In this document: in pieces, positions 28,614 through 31,601 of the stretch | How the letters are laid out: each line of letters starts with the position of its first letter | Position numbering within the stretch: position 1 is the stretch's first letter | Assembly: GCA_964654465.1 (NCBI GenBank) | Contig: CAZZIO010000012.1 | Coordinates: forward strand, 1-31,601 | DNA from: an uncultured Dictyoglomota bacterium | Lineage (GTDB): Bacteria > Dictyoglomota > Dictyoglomia > Dictyoglomales > Dictyoglomaceae | DNA: 31,601 bases | Direction: 5' to 3' | Position numbers and translations under genes: made by a program | The notes under the pieces: generated by a model | Told to the model about the DNA's origin: nothing | What the model saw: only the letters and a program-made list of their open reading frames with translations | The model's database searches: none

Positions 28614-29813
28614 ATGAAAAGGAGATTTATAGTCTTTTCCATTCTTTTCCTTTTAATACTTTCCTTTTCCCTGTCTATGGATAATAATACAGCAATAATA
28701 TCTGCAAGCAATAATGCCTTTGGTATAGATCTGTATAAAAAAATAATTACTGAAGAAAAAGGAAATATCTTTATATCACCCTATAGCATATCATCTGCTT
28801 TAGCAATGACTTATGCAGGAGCAAGAGGAAATACAGAAAAACAAATGGCAAAAGTATTATACTTTAATATTCCACAAGAAGATCTTCACAAAGCTTTTTC
28901 ATCCTTAAATTCATACTTTAATAGACCAAACAAAAGTTATCAGTTGGCTATTGCAAATTCCCTTTGGGGACAGACTAATTATCCTTTTCAGAAGGAATTT
29001 ATAAGTCTGTTAAATAAATATTACGAGGCAGGATTTAATGAAGTAGACTTTGTAAATGAAGAAAATAGAGAAAAAGCAAGATTAACCATTAATAAATGGG
29101 TAGAGGATAAGACAAATAATAAAATTAAAAATTTAATACATCCAGAAGATATCTCTGCTCTAACACGGCTAATACTTGTTAATGCTATTTATTTTAAGGG
29201 AAAATGGCAAAATCAATTTGACCCTCAAGAGACAAGAGATATGCCCTTTAATTTAGAAAACCAAAAGAAAATTAGTGTACCTATGATGCATCAAGAGGGA
29301 AGATTTAATTATACAGAAGATGATGAAGTACAAGTTTTAGAATTACCATATTCAGAAAATGAAGTATCCATGATTATATTCTTACCTAAGGAAGGTATAA
29401 GTCTTTCTGACTTTGAAAAAGAAATTTCTGTAGAAAGAATTAATAAATTGTTATCAAATTTAACTCAAGAAAAGGTTGATGTATATATCCCCAAATTCAA
29501 AATGGAAAAAAGATACATATTAAATAAACCTCTTATTGATTTAGGCATGAAAGATGCTTTCGATATGAGTCTTGCTGACTTTTCAGGAATGACGGGAAGT
29601 AAAGATTTATATATAAGCAAGGTAATACATCAATCCTTTATTGAAGTAAATGAGGAAGGTACAGAAGCTGCAGCAGCAACAGCAGTGATAATGTCAGGTA
29701 AAGCTATAGCCCCAATGATTATTGAATTTAAAGCAGATAGACCATTCCTATTTATCATTCGTGATATTAAAACAAATACTATACTCTTTATGGGAAGATT
29801 TGTAGAACCTTAA
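28614..29813 (+). CDS. Secreted serpin (serine protease inhibitor)
   Basis: SD AGGAGG before ATG 28614; signal peptide; NIFISPYSISSALAM, LVNAIYFKGKW, hinge EEGTEAAAAT and FKADRPFLFII. Confidence 0.95.
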   Translation: MKRRFIVFSILFLLILSFSLSMDNNTAIISASNNAFGIDLYKKIITEEKGNIFISPYSISSALAMTYAGARGNTEKQMAKVLYFNIPQEDLHKAFSSLNSYFNRPNKSYQLAIANSLWGQTNYPFQKEFISLLNKYYEAGFNEVDFVNEENREKARLTINKWVEDKTNNKIKNLIHPEDISALTRLILVNAIYFKGKWQNQFDPQETRDMPFNLENQKKISVPMMHQEGRFNYTEDDEVQVLELPYSENEVSMIIFLPKEGISLSDFEKEISVERINKLLSNLTQEKVDVYIPKFKMEKRYILNKPLIDLGMKDAFDMSLADFSGMTGSKDLYISKVIHQSFIEVNEEGTEAAAATAVIMSGKAIAPMIIEFKADRPFLFIIRDIKTNTILFMGRFVEP

Positions 29814-29816
29814 ATA

Positions 29817-29848
29817 AATAGGGTCAAGCCTCAAGGCTTGACCCTATT
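29817..29848. terminator. Bidirectional intrinsic terminator
   Basis: Perfect 14-bp stem AATAGGGTCAAGCC / GGCTTGACCCTATT with a 4-nt loop, between convergent genes. Confidence 0.85.
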
Positions 29849-29853
29849 AAAAT

Positions 29854-30912
29854 TTATATTTCTAAATTTTCAATTTTAACCCATTCAAGAATAATATCTT
29901 TATATTCATCCTTTATTCTATACACATAATCTTTTTCTGATTTATCCCAATAGCCTTCTATAAAATCCTCTTTACCCAATAGTTTTCTTTTTAGCTTCAA
30001 CCCTCCACGTGCCCCCGCAATCTCTTTTCCTGATAATTTTTTTCCAATACCTAAAAATGCTTTTTCCTTAGCAATTTCATTCATTAAAACAAGTAAATAC
30101 TTTTTTTGTATAGGATATCTTTCAACTTGAGCCAAAGCAGCTATTAATACTTTTTGATAGTGAGTACATCCTCTCAAAAATTCTAAAAGTTCATCTTTTG
30201 TCCATGGTTTTTCTGATTTTTTCTCTTCATTTTCATCCTCTATACTCTGTTCAGATATAGCTTCTGCTATTTCTCTTATCAATTTAATTATATTTCCAAT
30301 ATTTACACTCTCAATCGGGAATATAAGACTTTGAATTTTTTCTATAGCCTTTGATTCACCTACTACAGGAGTCAATTCTATTTTTAAATTAACTAAATCA
30401 ATAAGGTCAGTATATAATATTACTCGTATTTTGTCTTTATACTTACTTCCAACTATTTGTTCAATCAAAGGTTGAACATCACCTTTACCAATAACATATA
30501 ACCCAAAAACCCTTTCATTATCGTACTTTTTCTCAAGTTGAACAATATATTCTCCAAGTTGTGAAACACTTCCGATAGGCCATGTACTTGTTTTTACTTC
30601 TATAACTATAATATCTCCATCTTCCCTTTTCCAAATACCATCATAGTTATCTCCCCCAAATTTACCTAAATATTTACCGTATTCAATATTAAATCCTAAC
30701 CTTTTACCTAAAGATACAATCAAATCCTGAAATGCTTTATTATAGGGATCATGGGATCCCGAACTTTCTTTTATACATTCATCAAGCCAGCTCTTTATTG
30801 TTTCCAAAGGCCATTTATCTTTCTCAATAAACTCTCTAAATTTTTTCGTCTGTTCACTTCCATCCTTCAATTCATTACCTATTAAATTTAACATATCCTT
30901 TATCTCAAGCAT
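29854..30912 (-). CDS. Orphan PD-(D/E)xK restriction-endonuclease-like protein with a possible C-terminal winged-helix domain
   Basis: AFQDLIVSLGKRLGFNI...NYDGIW...IIVIEVKTS catalytic pattern; acidic linker, then WTKDELLEFL...YVYRIK domain; no adjacent MTase. Confidence 0.7.
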   Translation of the reverse strand: MLEIKDMLNLIGNELKDGSEQTKKFREFIEKDKWPLETIKSWLDECIKESSGSHDPYNKAFQDLIVSLGKRLGFNIEYGKYLGKFGGDNYDGIWKREDGDIIVIEVKTSTWPIGSVSQLGEYIVQLEKKYDNERVFGLYVIGKGDVQPLIEQIVGSKYKDKIRVILYTDLIDLVNLKIELTPVVGESKAIEKIQSLIFPIESVNIGNIIKLIREIAEAISEQSIEDENEEKKSEKPWTKDELLEFLRGCTHYQKVLIAALAQVERYPIQKKYLLVLMNEIAKEKAFLGIGKKLSGKEIAGARGGLKLKRKLLGKEDFIEGYWDKSEKDYVYRIKDEYKDIILEWVKIENLEI

Positions 30913-30944
30913 AAACCCTCACTCCCGTTCATAATTATCTAAAA

Positions 30945-31601
30945 TTATACAATAAACTTTAAATGCCAATCTGGAATATTTTTAAACTCATCAGGTATTA
31001 TATCTGTCACAATATAATCTACCTTTTCAAGCGTACATACACGGAAGGGTGCAGATGTACCAAATTTACTACTATCTGCCAATAAAACCACCTTGTCTGC
31101 CTTTAATATTATAGTTTTTGCAACCTCTGCTTCCTCCATATCAAAAAAGGTAATACCACTTTTTAGATCAACACCATTTGCTCCTAAAAAGTAAAAATCA
31201 ATCTTACCTATCTCTTGGAAAAACTTTATAACATGTCCACCTATACATTCAAAAGATTTTTCCTTTGTAGTACCTCCAGAGTGAATAAGTTTAAAAGATT
31301 TCCTCAGATTAATAACAGCCCAAGCAGAAGTTATAGAGTTAGTTAAAATAGTAAGATCAGTTATAGGACTTTCATCTAATGCTTGCACCATATAATATAT
31401 GGTTGTTCCTCCACTCAAGGCAATTATTGATCCATCTTTTAATAAGGATAAGGCCTTTTTACCTATTTCTTTTTTAGCCTCTTTATTTTCTTCCAATTTA
31501 ACAAAAAAAGAATTTTCAGAAGTAATTCCTGTAAGGGTAGCTCCTCCTCTTACTCTCTTTATCAATCCTTGACCTTCTAAAAATCTTAAATCTCTTCTTA
31601 C
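30945..31601 (-). CDS. DeoR/GlpR family transcriptional regulator (5' end outside window)
   Basis: The frame is open to the window edge: VRRDLRFLEGQGLIKRVRGGA (DeoR HTH end), then GGTT, LTNS and LADSSKFG sensor motifs. Confidence 0.92.
   Translation of the reverse strand, partial: VRRDLRFLEGQGLIKRVRGGATLTGITSENSFFVKLEENKEAKKEIGKKALSLLKDGSIIALSGGTTIYYMVQALDESPITDLTILTNSITSAWAVINLRKSFKLIHSGGTTKEKSFECIGGHVIKFFQEIGKIDFYFLGANGVDLKSGITFFDMEEAEVAKTIILKADKVVLLADSSKFGTSAPFRVCTLEKVDYIVTDIIPDEFKNIPDWHLKFIV

Noticed and set aside
1-31601. CRISPR array, tRNA/rRNA, integrase or transposase bounding an island
   Set aside because: I found no regularly spaced repeats, structured GC-rich RNA genes or recombinase motifs. 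Intergenic gaps are short.

Overview
An AT-rich bacterial chromosomal window with a thermophile-like proteome (Dictyoglomus-like by inference). It mixes anti-phage defence genes, secreted and lipoprotein genes, sugar metabolism genes and several decaying genes. Bases 1-9580 form one tightly coupled operon resembling type 4 BREX: the tail of an upstream gene (probably brxP), brxC, pglZ and a protease-less brxL. Two unexpected genes extend it before a single terminator: a stand-alone Mrr-N winged-helix protein and an RpoD-like sigma-70 factor. These two otherwise unrelated proteins begin with a matching 23-aa amphipathic leader (11/23 identical, ungapped), which is the most striking observation here. 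The operon is followed by two lipoproteins, a type II R-M pair (an MTase with a degenerate thermonuclease domain and an MjaI-family REase), two secreted proteins and a pseudogenised MNT-HEPN toxin-antitoxin pair. Next come an FN3/LamG lipoprotein with a CRP/FNR-like site and long 5' hairpin, a pseudogenised ABC exporter, a GH161-like glucan phosphorylase and a deleted DUF2207 gene. The window ends with ribokinase plus an ADP-ribosylglycohydrolase, a GmrSD-type nuclease, a serpin, an orphan PD-(D/E)xK nuclease and a partial DeoR regulator. I saw no rRNA, tRNA, CRISPR array or transposase. All family assignments come from motif recognition by eye, not database searches.
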